Origin: a virus
Lineage: Duplodnaviria > Caudoviricetes
DNA: 64,000 nucleotides
Reading direction: 5' to 3' (one strand)
IMG/VR virus record: IMGVR_UViG_3300036805_000175
Span: 1-64,000 of that record
Shown here: positions 53,963 through 62,355 of the stretch, piece after piece
Position numbering within the stretch: position 1 is the stretch's first letter
Layout of the letters: each line of letters opens with the position of its first letter
Made by a program: the position numbers and the translations under genes
Notes under the pieces: generated by a model
What the model was told of the DNA's origin: nothing
Databases searched by the model: none
Seen by the model: only the letters and a program-made list of their open reading frames with translations

Positions 53963-54310
53963 CTACAGCCCCGGATCCGCGTCGCTGATGACGTGACCGC
54001 TGGCGTCTACGGCACCGGAGATGTCTGGCGTCTCGCGGAGCAGCCGGGATAGCGCGTGCTCGGGAGCCGGGGCGACCTCAATCTCTACGCTGTGACTGGC
54101 CGCGAACTTCTCCGCATGTGTGGTGCAGACATAGCGTTGCGACCAGGCCACCCGGCCGGCGCGCCCGGTCACGTAGTTGTAGTAGGTCGCGTGAGTCGCA
54201 GGCTCCTGGCATTTGCCGATGCGGCACTTCTCCCAGCCAAGCCGCTTGTTGCGGGCCATCTCGTCATCGGTGAGCGGGCGTACGGAGTGGCCCCAGGAAC
54301 GGCTCATCAC
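53963..54310 (-). CDS. Hypothetical Zn-binding protein
   Basis: CRIGKC...VCTTHAEKF. Confidence 0.5.
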   Translation of the reverse strand: MMSRSWGHSVRPLTDDEMARNKRLGWEKCRIGKCQEPATHATYYNYVTGRAGRVAWSQRYVCTTHAEKFAASHSVEIEVAPAPEHALSRLLRETPDISGAVDASGHVISDADPGL

Positions 54311-54540
54311 TTCTCCTCGGTGCGCTTGTTCTCCAGGTCGGCCGCCGCATCCCCGCTGCCGATGTATCTGCGGCACTCCCCCGGGCTGGTGAAGAACGCG
54401 AGCGGCGAGGCGTGGTTGTCGTGCCAGACGGCGTACAGGCGGCGGCGCTGGCCCTCCCACAGGTCGTAGGTGAAGGGACCGATGCGGCCCCAGGTGCCAC
54501 GGTCGCAGTCGGGGGGACGCTTGGTCAGGGTGGAGGTCAT
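54307..54540 (-). CDS. Hypothetical protein
   Basis: Coupled ORF. Confidence 0.45.
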   Translation of the reverse strand: MTSTLTKRPPDCDRGTWGRIGPFTYDLWEGQRRRLYAVWHDNHASPLAFFTSPGECRRYIGSGDAAADLENKRTEEK

Positions 54541-54543
54541 CGG

Positions 54544-54816
54544 TCAGTCCTCGTCGTCCGGGTAGCGGTAACCGGTGCATCGCTGCGCGCCGAGCCCGTG
54601 CGGCGGGTGATTGCCGGGGATAGAACAGTGGGCACGTTCCAGGCCGGCAGCGCGGCGAGCTTCGTCCTCGGTGGCGAACGTGCCGGCGTGGTGGCCGTCG
54701 TGGAAGGTGTGCCCGCAGTCGCAGTCACGGAAGGCGCCGAACAGGTCCGGGTAGCCCTCGGTGCCGGACAGGGCGCGCGTAACGTGCGCGGCACCCGGCG
54801 CGGTGGGGTCACTCAT
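54544..54816 (-). CDS. Hypothetical protein
   Basis: Coupled ORF. Confidence 0.4.
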   Translation of the reverse strand: MSDPTAPGAAHVTRALSGTEGYPDLFGAFRDCDCGHTFHDGHHAGTFATEDEARRAAGLERAHCSIPGNHPPHGLGAQRCTGYRYPDDED

Positions 54817-55007
54817 CGCGGAACCTCGATTTCAAGCGGGGTGGCACGCCGCTCGGAGCCCTCCCCCGGACGGCAGGACACGCTGCCGCCCCGGACGTGG
54901 TACCAGGCGCCGGATGGCCCGGGGTTCTCGACCTTGAACAGCCTGCGCCGGCAGAGCTGGCAGATGACGATCCGCTTGGTGCGCTCGGTCCTGTCCGCAG
55001 TGTTCAT
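54813..55007 (-). CDS. Small Zn-ribbon protein
   Basis: TAGGAG RBS; CQLC...WYH...C. Confidence 0.5.
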   Translation of the reverse strand: MNTADRTERTKRIVICQLCRRRLFKVENPGPSGAWYHVRGGSVSCRPGEGSERRATPLEIEVPR

Positions 55008-55124
55008 CTGTGCTCCTAGATTGCCGTTTACGTAAAGACACGATACCCTGGTGGCATGACGAACGCAACCCCGTCCGGGCAGGTGAGCACGGATACCTGT
55101 AAAGACGTGTGCGATGATCGGCCC

Positions 55125-55301
55125 ATGCCCCGGCCAGCGACAGGACAGACGCCCGTGCGCAACATCCGCGTGCCTGGCCGTATCTGGCGTGCTGCGCAGG
55201 AGAAAGCCAGCGCGGAGGGGCGCACGATGACCGATGTGCTCGTGGCCTACCTGCGGCGGTACATCTCCACTCCCCCGCGCAGGCGGGCTGGCGATGACTG
55301 A
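55125..55301 (+). CDS. Ribbon-helix-helix DNA-binding protein
   Basis: TPVRNIRVPGRIWRAAQEKASAEGRTMTDVLVAYLRRY. Confidence 0.8.
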   Translation: MPRPATGQTPVRNIRVPGRIWRAAQEKASAEGRTMTDVLVAYLRRYISTPPRRRAGDD

Positions 55302-55812
55302 GCGTACGGCGGTCTACCGGCTGTTTGCGGAGGATGACTCGCTGCTCTACGTCGGGATCAGCGATAACTTCGGCAGGCGATGGAAGCAGCACGCGCATGC
55401 CCAGCCTTGGTGGCCGGGGGTCAAACGGCAAACGGTTGAATGGTTCGATACGCGCGAAGATGCAAGGGCGGCGGAGACGCGAGCTATCCACGATGAGTGC
55501 CCGACTCATAACTGGCAAGAAGTTCCGGCGTCTCTGCGGCAGCCTAAACCACCCCGGCCGCCACTCCCGCGCCCACCTGTGTGGACCGACTATGAGCGGG
55601 CGCAGGCCGTTGGCCAGATTCGCGACTTGCTGACGCGCCCCGACCTGTCGCATGCAGCCACGCGCCTCATGGCGGCAAGCGTGCTCTCGACCGGCCGCGC
55701 CGAACTCCCGCGAGGTGCGCAACTGCGCCTCATTGCACGGAGTTGCGGGGTCAGTGTGGCCAATGCGTACAAGATCATTGCCGAACTTGACGGTCGGCGG
55801 CGCGCCGAGTAG
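55294..55812 (+). CDS. GIY-YIG nuclease with C-terminal HTH
   Basis: TAVYRLF...LLYVGIS...RRWKQH...ARAAETRAIHDECPTHN; C-term IARSCGVSVANAYKII. Confidence 0.8.
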   Translation: MTERTAVYRLFAEDDSLLYVGISDNFGRRWKQHAHAQPWWPGVKRQTVEWFDTREDARAAETRAIHDECPTHNWQEVPASLRQPKPPRPPLPRPPVWTDYERAQAVGQIRDLLTRPDLSHAATRLMAASVLSTGRAELPRGAQLRLIARSCGVSVANAYKIIAELDGRRRAE

Positions 55813-56119
55813 AGCGGGCATCATCACAGCGTCGCCTCCTCGTTGATCCTGCGCCAGTTACGGCTACCCAGGTCGGTGAGACGCTCCCGGCCATCCGGCC
55901 ACCGGGCCACGACCACCTGCGCTCCGACGAAAAGCAGCATGATGCGTGCGCGCCTCGTGTCTTCGTCGCCCTCCAGCACGGTCCCGGGTCCCCACTCGTT
56001 ACGCCGCGCCCACTGAGCACTCCCGGGCCACCGGCAGGGATTGCAGCTAAAGTCGGCGGTGGCGGGGCAGCCCCACGCTGTGTGACGCTCGTGCCACTGG
56101 CGCACCCGGAGTGAATTGC

Positions 56120-56347
56120 TCACCACATCGCCCCCTGCTCGTCGGCGATGCCACGGCAGCCACGGCAAACCGAATCGCCCGGCCGCATCTCCTCCTCGGC
56201 AATGGGCACCCACAGCTCAGCCACCAGGAGCGGGAGCCCACACCGGGTGGCGCCATCGGACGGCTCGGGCTTCTCGCTGGCGGCCACGGCCGGATCCCGC
56301 AGGTGCAGGACAGTGACCACCTTCGAGGCTGGCGCGCAAAAAGTCAT
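56120..56347 (-). CDS. Small Zn-finger protein
   Basis: TRCG...CRGC. Confidence 0.5.
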   Translation of the reverse strand: MTFCAPASKVVTVLHLRDPAVAASEKPEPSDGATRCGLPLLVAELWVPIAEEEMRPGDSVCRGCRGIADEQGAMW

Positions 56348-56703
56348 CTCGCCCCCTGTGGCTGCGGTTTGAACACCGGGCGCGGCCTGGCGGACTCGCG
56401 GACCTTGCGGACGAGAGCGTCACGAAGGGCCTTCGACTTCGCGCCGATGAGGGCGGCCACCTTGCGCCGCTTGCGGCGTCTCCACCACCAGACCGCAATC
56501 GCAGCGATGAGAGAGACGCCCGAGCCGGCAGCGGGCAGCCATGAGCGCTCCAGTACCAGCACGGCAGTACACACGATGGCGATGGCGATCCAGTCGGCCG
56601 TGAAGGTACGGGCCCGGATGGGCCACAGCCGGTAGAGCACCTGCCAGATCACGGCGGCACCTGGTGGCCACAGGACCAGCGCGGCAAACTTGAGCAAGAT
56701 CAC
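56344..56703 (-). CDS. Membrane protein
   Basis: 3 TM segments and a basic tail. Confidence 0.55.
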   Translation of the reverse strand: MILLKFAALVLWPPGAAVIWQVLYRLWPIRARTFTADWIAIAIVCTAVLVLERSWLPAAGSGVSLIAAIAVWWWRRRKRRKVAALIGAKSKALRDALVRKVRESARPRPVFKPQPQGAR

Positions 56704-56987
56704 GCCGCTCTCCTCGTCGCCGCGGTCCTGAACTTCGCCACCTCGGCCACCGAATCCGGGGTCGCGGGCAGTCCCAGTGCCGCGTTCAGCAGGTCGGCCA
56801 GGATGATCGCCACCGCGTGCTTCTCGGGCACCGTCCGGGCGTTGCGGTGGAGCAGGATCGCTATCCCGGCCTGGTCGCGGGCGGCCACACAGCGGCGCAG
56901 GTCCAGCGCGGCCGGTCCCATCCGGACGGACAGGCGTTCCCGGGCGTTGGCGTGGTCCTCGGCGGCGTCACGGGCGAAGCGGTTCAT
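56700..56987 (-). CDS. Hypothetical protein
   Basis: MNRFARDAAEDH...AIILADL. Confidence 0.45.
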   Translation of the reverse strand: MNRFARDAAEDHANARERLSVRMGPAALDLRRCVAARDQAGIAILLHRNARTVPEKHAVAIILADLLNAALGLPATPDSVAEVAKFRTAATRRAA

Positions 56988-57000
56988 CGCCAGTGGTGGC

Positions 57001-57684
57001 CTAGCCACGGGTGGCCTTCGGGGGATGTATGGGCGTGACGAAGTTGCTCGTGACAGACCCACGAGTGCGGGCATAGAAGTCGGCCGCACGCTCAGTGGCG
57101 AAGGTGCCGTAGGTCTTACCGTCCGCGCCGAGCTTGACCACGTAGCCGCCGTGGCGCACTTGCAGGCCGGCCGTCTTGGCGACAGCCCGCAACAGTGCCG
57201 CCATCCGGGCCAGGGGCAGCGGCTGGGCTTCCCGCCTAGGCGCCTTCTTCACCGCAGTGAGCTTCCCGCCGCGCGGCACGAGCAGGCCCCAGCCTTCCGG
57301 CAGTTCATCATCACGCACGATGGACTTGTCGGCCGCCGCCAGCCACCAGTAGTTCGTGAACGGGACGAACTCCTCGGCCTTCCACGGGTCTTTCAGTTCA
57401 CGCAGCCAGTCAGACCGGCTGACCTTGACCTCTACGCCGTGGATAGCGATATTGCTGCTCGCCCATGTGTCAACAGCTACGAAGTCGGCAGTGCGGCAGT
57501 CGAACCCCGCCTTGGCGCGGACGTGCTCGGCGCGGACATACCGGTCGGCCTGGACGGCGCCGTTGTAGGACTGCTGGCCGAACCGCTTGTGGAGCAGGTC
57601 CAGCATCCCGCGCTCGGTCAACGTGATCGGCTTGGGCATCCCCTTGGAAGAGGTCTCGTCTTCGACGTCGAACAGCGGCTCCAT
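57001..57684 (-). CDS. MmcB-like PD-(D/E)XK nuclease
   Basis: RTADFVAVD...IHGVEVKVSRSDWLRELKDPWK...NYWWL...ELPEGWGLL. Confidence 0.8.
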   Translation of the reverse strand: MEPLFDVEDETSSKGMPKPITLTERGMLDLLHKRFGQQSYNGAVQADRYVRAEHVRAKAGFDCRTADFVAVDTWASSNIAIHGVEVKVSRSDWLRELKDPWKAEEFVPFTNYWWLAAADKSIVRDDELPEGWGLLVPRGGKLTAVKKAPRREAQPLPLARMAALLRAVAKTAGLQVRHGGYVVKLGADGKTYGTFATERAADFYARTRGSVTSNFVTPIHPPKATRG

Positions 57685-57881
57685 CACGGCTTCCACTTCC
57701 CCACCCGCCGCGCTGTGGCCGCGTCTTCCCGGGCCTGGGCGTCACGCTCCCGCTGGAACATGTCTGGCTGGCCCTGGGATGCACGCTGCGGCTCCAGGAT
57801 GGCGGCGGCTATCTCGTCAGCGACACGGAGGCGGTGCTGACGGAGCATGGCGGCTATCGCGGTGCGCTTGGCGCGGTTCAC
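57684..57881 (-). CDS. Hypothetical protein
   Basis: GTGA/ATGA coupling. Confidence 0.4.
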   Translation of the reverse strand: MNRAKRTAIAAMLRQHRLRVADEIAAAILEPQRASQGQPDMFQRERDAQAREDAATARRVGKWKP

Positions 57882-58210
57882 GGCTGCTCCCGTATCAGGT
57901 CCGCGAACGGCCGGCCAGTCTGCACCAGGACGCTGCCCAGTCCCCCGCCAGGCGGGTGAGTGCGCCCGGCGCAGGTGGCATGAACAGACTCAGCGAGGGC
58001 AGCGATGCGCTCCCGCTCGGCCGCGCGGACCTTCGCCATCTCGGTGCACTCGTCGCCATGGTCCAGGACACTCTCGGCGCTGGTGCCGTGCAGATCGGCA
58101 CTAGTGAGCTGGGCACCGCAGCCAGGGCAGGCCCAGACTTGCGTGTCGGTCCAGTGGAGCGGGATGCAGTCGCTGGGCGCGTCGGTCAGGGTGAGCAACT
58201 GGGTAATCAT
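57878..58210 (-). CDS. Hypothetical Zn-ribbon protein
   Basis: CPGCG...H...C. Confidence 0.5.
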   Translation of the reverse strand: MITQLLTLTDAPSDCIPLHWTDTQVWACPGCGAQLTSADLHGTSAESVLDHGDECTEMAKVRAAERERIAALAESVHATCAGRTHPPGGGLGSVLVQTGRPFADLIREQP

Positions 58211-58629
58211 GGCGAGTCCTCGTGGTCCACGGTTACGTTGGCGCGCCGGTAGCGCTTCCGCTCGTCGGCGCGGATGATCGGCTCAGCGGCGAAGAGGGCG
58301 ATGCGCGATGCGATGCGCCACCGGTCGCGCTCGAAGCGGCTCTCAGGCTGCGGGAGGTCGTCAAGCGCCGCGTCAACCGCATCGAGCACCCCGGGCGGCA
58401 AGGGCTTCGCATCCCTCAGATCGTCGCTGAGCCGTTTGGCTTCCCCGGGGTCCAGTTGTACAGGCTCAGCCTCAGGCTGACCGTGAGCGTTGCCCCGAGC
58501 CCAGATCCGGGCCAGGTTCGCCGCGTCCCGGTAGCAGAAGATGAAACTCTCCGTGCGCATGCCGTCCGCGAGGGAGTCGAAGTGCGCAGCGAGGGACAGG
58601 AGCGCCTCGCGGGCTGTGGGCTCGCTCAC
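58207..58629 (-). CDS. Hypothetical protein
   Basis: MSEPTAREALL...; coupled ORF. Confidence 0.45.
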   Translation of the reverse strand: MSEPTAREALLSLAAHFDSLADGMRTESFIFCYRDAANLARIWARGNAHGQPEAEPVQLDPGEAKRLSDDLRDAKPLPPGVLDAVDAALDDLPQPESRFERDRWRIASRIALFAAEPIIRADERKRYRRANVTVDHEDSP

Positions 58630-59036
58630 GGCTTCGCTCCCGTCGCTGAGGCCCGTGCCCGCGCCTCCAGGAACCGGCACGCAGCCGCGCACCCGTTCAC
58701 CCCGGCTACTGCGGCAGCCAGAGCGGCGGCATCCGCGGGGTGCCGGAGCGCAATCCGGCCCTGGAGGCCCTGAAGGTCGGTGAGGAGTGCTGAGGCCCGG
58801 GATGCGAGAGTGCCGAGCTTGTCGGCTAGCGGGGACGGGGTGACGCTCATGCCACGCTCCTTCGGGTCATGGCGCTGCAAGCTGCCCGTGCTGGCACGGA
58901 GCCGCCGCTCGTACCGCTCCGCCGTCCGCCGGCTCAGGCCCATCCGGGCCGCCGCCCGCTCAGGCGTCTCCCCGAAGTCACGGGTCAGTTCCCGGTAGTC
59001 CTCCAGCCGGGCCAGCGTCCGCGCCAGCGTGCCCAT
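58626..59036 (-). CDS. HTH-containing protein
   Basis: ETPERAAARMGLSRRTAERYERR. Confidence 0.5.
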   Translation of the reverse strand: MGTLARTLARLEDYRELTRDFGETPERAAARMGLSRRTAERYERRLRASTGSLQRHDPKERGMSVTPSPLADKLGTLASRASALLTDLQGLQGRIALRHPADAAALAAAVAGVNGCAAACRFLEARARASATGAKP

Positions 59037-59041
59037 GCACG

Positions 59042-59380
59042 TCACCGTTCCGCCCTCCTCGCCTCGAGCATCGCCTCGAGCCCGGCCCGCGCGGCCCGGT
59101 ACTCCTCGTTCGGCGGGACACCGCAGCGAGGGACACCCAGCGCCGTCACATGCCCGGCACGGTCGTCCCGGACACGCCCCAGGATGCCGGCCGGCGTCAC
59201 CCGGACCGGGGTGCAGCGGTAGTGCTCGAACACCGCGGCCATGGCCTCGTCCAGGCTCAGGTTCGGCACCCACGGGTTACCCAGGCTGTCCGCCCACGTG
59301 GCCAGGGACGCCTCCGGGTCCAGCGTCTCGTCCCAGCTGCGGGCGAACTCCAGCAGTTCGCGCACCTCGGCCTCGGTCAC
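59042..59380 (-). CDS. G39P/lambda-P-like helicase loader/inhibitor
   Basis: MTEAEVRELL...ATWADSL...LDEAMAAVFEHY...TPAGI; downstream of the replication genes. Confidence 0.55.
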   Translation of the reverse strand: MTEAEVRELLEFARSWDETLDPEASLATWADSLGNPWVPNLSLDEAMAAVFEHYRCTPVRVTPAGILGRVRDDRAGHVTALGVPRCGVPPNEEYRAARAGLEAMLEARRAER

Positions 59381-59604
59381 GCGACATCGCCTCCGAACAT
59401 GGCAGGCTGGATCGGTTTGTCCAGGCGCTTGCGGATCAGCTCGGCGTAGGCCGGGTCCTTCTCGATCAGCAGGCAGCGGAAGCCCTCCACGATGCACGCC
59501 TCGGCCGTCGTGCCGCTGCCCGCGAACGGGTCCAGGACAAGACCATCCGGCGGCGTGATGAGCCGCACCAGCCACGCCATGAGGTCGACAGGCTTGACGG
59601 TCAA
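59377..59604 (-). CDS. C-terminal fragment of N4/N6 DNA methyltransferase (SAM-binding motif I)
   Basis: TVKPVDLMAWLVRLITPPDGLVLDPFAGSGTT...LIEKDPAY. Confidence 0.85.
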   Translation of the reverse strand: MTVKPVDLMAWLVRLITPPDGLVLDPFAGSGTTAEACIVEGFRCLLIEKDPAYAELIRKRLDKPIQPAMFGGDVA

Positions 59605-59699
59605 GTCGGATGGGCAATGTGCCCACCCGTCTCCGGCATCACCTCCTCGAAGTAGGCGTGCAGGTGCGCGGGGACTTGTTCGGGGCGCAGGTCACGCAT
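59601..59699 (-). pseudogene. Middle fragment of the split methyltransferase
   Basis: MRDLRPEQVPAHLHAYFEEVMPETGGHIAHPT*; would join TVKP as HPTVKP without a 5-nt insertion. Confidence 0.5.
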
Positions 59700-59745
59700 A
59701 ACTCATCACCGCGATTGGCTTAATGATCCTTGATAGGCTGGGCGA

Positions 59746-60501
59746 ATGGCGAAGGGACAGCTTGGCTACAAGATCCGTACGATCCGCTGCGCTGGCTGCC
59801 CGGCCGTAGTGACTGGGCACTTCCCACCCGGCCAGCGCTACTGCTCGGCCGCCTGCTACTGGGCGGCTGACCGCCCGAAACGGCGGACTGGGCAGACGCT
59901 CAACTGCGGGCAGTGTGGCCACCCGTTCTACGTCCCGCGCGGCCGGGCCGGCACGGCGCGGTTCTGCTCGGCCGCCTGCCAGATTGCGTGGCAGGGACGC
60001 AACAAGACGGAGCACATCTGCAAGGTTTGCGGTGCGGCGTTCCACTGGTCGCCAAGTCGCAGCGGCGGCGGCAAGTACAACATCACGTACTGCTCGCTGT
60101 CCTGCCGCGATGCCGACCCCGAGCGCACGGCCATGCTCCGCGAGATGAATGCAGTTCAGCAGACACGCCGCACCACGAATGCCGAGCGCATCGGCTACGG
60201 GCTGTTGTCCGCGCTCGGTATCGCCCATGAGCCACAGGCCATGTTCGCCGGGAAGTTCTGCGTCGACGCGCTGCTGCCCAGTTATCGCGCCGTGGTGCAG
60301 TTTGACGGCGACTACTGGCACGACCGCAAGGGCACTAGCGCTGAGCCGAGGATCAGGCACAGAGTGGCGCTCGACGGTTCCCAGGACGCTTACATGCGCG
60401 CCTGCGGCTGGACTGTCCTGCGGCTCTGGGAATCCGACCTCAAGGGCGAGCCGGCCATGTGCGCGGAGAAGATTAGGCAGCATCTACGCCTGCCTTCCTG
60501 A
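59746..60501 (+). CDS. Vsr/DUF559-like homing endonuclease with three Zn-finger repeats, antisense within the MTase
   Basis: 3x CxxC...(Y/F)CSxxC; KFCVDALL...VQFDGDYWH...GWTVLRLWESDL; TGATAGGCT extended -10 at 59731-59739. Confidence 0.82.
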   Translation: MAKGQLGYKIRTIRCAGCPAVVTGHFPPGQRYCSAACYWAADRPKRRTGQTLNCGQCGHPFYVPRGRAGTARFCSAACQIAWQGRNKTEHICKVCGAAFHWSPSRSGGGKYNITYCSLSCRDADPERTAMLREMNAVQQTRRTTNAERIGYGLLSALGIAHEPQAMFAGKFCVDALLPSYRAVVQFDGDYWHDRKGTSAEPRIRHRVALDGSQDAYMRACGWTVLRLWESDLKGEPAMCAEKIRQHLRLPS

Positions 60502-61684
60502 GTTCCGCCATCACGTAGGCGCGCTCATCCTCGGTCAGGTCGGCACGCAGCCGCAGGACGGTGTTCTTGATCCGCGGCCGCTCGGCACTGCCGGCCTTGG
60601 GCTCGTAGCGGAACACGGGGAAGAACCGGGACGCGCCGCCTGAGTCGGCATACATGCTGCCCGGTGTGCCGGCCCCGGGGAAACTGGTCGCTCTAGGATT
60701 GCCGTTTGGCCCGTGATCTACGGCGCTGTAGACGCCGCTGCTCTTGAGCTTCCCGCTCTGCCGGTCCAGTTCCTCTGCGGCTTCTGGGCCGAGCAGGACG
60801 TTCGGCGGCCAGCGGCCCATGCCGTCATGAGGCGCAGGCTGCACGGCCCCGGCCCCATCCGTGCCGCCTGCAAGACGGCCAGCCGCATATGTCCTCGTCC
60901 CCGCCGCCCGCTTGTCCTGCGGGGAACCCACCCGGCACCCGCCTACGTTCACCGCCCCCGTGCCGTGCTCCACCACGTTCGCGGCAACGGTCCCCCGGAG
61001 TGGCTTACGGGCGAGCCACCACATCTCGTGGCCCGGCTTGAGCGCGGTTCCCCAGCCGTCCCAGCGGGCGGCGTTCTCAGTAGCGGGAGCGGTCACGGGA
61101 ATCTCGCCCGGCAGGCCAAGACGGTCACCGTAGACCTCTGGTGAGGCGTTCGGTCGGGCACGGGCACCTCGCGTCCCGTCTGGGAACTGCGGGCGTGTGC
61201 CGACTACCTCTCGCGCAGCACCGGCCGCCCTGTCGATGGCCTTGGACACGTCCAGCGACTTCGGGAAGCCCGAGCCGAACAGGTGCGTCACGCAGTCGCG
61301 GATCTCCAGCCCGGCGTCCTCGATCGCCCAGGCCGTCCAGTGCGAGGTGCGCGGGATGGACCAGACCAGAGCGTGCGCGCCGGGCTTCATCACGCGCATC
61401 GCCTCGGCCAGGACGGCGGTCAGCCACTCCACGAAAGCCCCGCGCTCGCCGTGCCCGTACTCCGGGCCACGGGCAGACGTGTGGCCGGACACGTCACCAC
61501 GGCCCACGTCGGCAGGGTTGCGGGCCCGGCGGAAGTCATCCCACTCGCGGCCCATGAACGCAATTCCCGCTGGAGGGTCGGTGACTACCGCGTCGACGCT
61601 GGCAGCCTCCAGGGTGGGCAGCACAGTGAGGCAGTCCCCGAGGTGCAGCGTCACCCGGTCGTCCGCCCAGTATGCCTCGGTCAT
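60473..61684 (-). CDS. N-terminal part of beta-class N4/N6 DNA methyltransferase
   Basis: LHLGDCLTVL...VVTDPPAG...FGSGFPKSLD...WGTALKP...GRWPPN...SRFFPVFRYEPKA; lacks motif I. Confidence 0.88.
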   Translation of the reverse strand: MTEAYWADDRVTLHLGDCLTVLPTLEAASVDAVVTDPPAGIAFMGREWDDFRRARNPADVGRGDVSGHTSARGPEYGHGERGAFVEWLTAVLAEAMRVMKPGAHALVWSIPRTSHWTAWAIEDAGLEIRDCVTHLFGSGFPKSLDVSKAIDRAAGAAREVVGTRPQFPDGTRGARARPNASPEVYGDRLGLPGEIPVTAPATENAARWDGWGTALKPGHEMWWLARKPLRGTVAANVVEHGTGAVNVGGCRVGSPQDKRAAGTRTYAAGRLAGGTDGAGAVQPAPHDGMGRWPPNVLLGPEAAEELDRQSGKLKSSGVYSAVDHGPNGNPRATSFPGAGTPGSMYADSGGASRFFPVFRYEPKAGSAERPRIKNTVLRLRADLTEDERAYVMAELRKAGVDAA

Positions 61685-62355
61685 GCCGCGCTCCCGTACC
61701 GCCGGTCGCTGCCCTTGAGCACGACGCGCGTGGTCATCTCCGTGAGCCGGGACGCCACCCGCTCCCCCAGCGCGCCGGCCAGGTCACGCGGCGGGATGTT
61801 CGAGGTGAACAGGGTCGGCAGCGCGTGCTCGTAGCGGTGGTTCACCAGCCGGTAGTTGACCTCCTCCACCCATTCGCTGCTCTTGGCCGCGCCCAGGTCG
61901 TCCAGCACCAGCAGGCCAGCGCCGCCGACCGCGGCGAACTCGGCCTCGGAGTCGACGCCGTGCCGTGGCCGCATCCGCGCGTACAGGTCGGCGGCCGGGA
62001 TGGCCACCCACCGGGAGCGGATGCCGCACGCGGCCAGCCCGCGGATGACGCCGTACGCCTCATGCGTTTTGCCCGTCCCCGTGGGCCCGAGCAGCAGCAG
62101 CGAGGGACCGCCGTCGACGGAGGCGACCACGCGCCGCCGGGCCAGGGCGTGCCGCACCAGCACGGCCACCCACGTGCGCACACCCTCGTCGGTGGCCAGG
62201 GCCGTGGCGTAGCGGGCCGGGATGCGCGACATGGCCTGGCTGAACGCCTCGGCGGCACCGTAGTCGCCGTCGTCGGCGGCCAGGGACGCGGAGTCGATGC
62301 CGCTGCCGGCCAGGAACTCCTCGCGCCATGCGGCGAGGTCGCTGGGAAGGTTCAC
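61681..62355 (-). CDS. DnaC/IstB-like AAA+ helicase loader
   Basis: LLLLGPTGTGKTH, LLVLDDLGAAK, NHRYEHALPTLFTSN, GERVASRL. Confidence 0.92.
   Translation of the reverse strand: MNLPSDLAAWREEFLAGSGIDSASLAADDGDYGAAEAFSQAMSRIPARYATALATDEGVRTWVAVLVRHALARRRVVASVDGGPSLLLLGPTGTGKTHEAYGVIRGLAACGIRSRWVAIPAADLYARMRPRHGVDSEAEFAAVGGAGLLVLDDLGAAKSSEWVEEVNYRLVNHRYEHALPTLFTSNIPPRDLAGALGERVASRLTEMTTRVVLKGSDRRYGSAA

Noticed and set aside
59700-60500. Group I intron or intein in the MTase
   Set aside because: The nuclease ORF is antisense, the MTase frame has stops, and there are no intein C1/HN termini. I saw no P/Q/R/S core by eye, although an Infernal search was not run.
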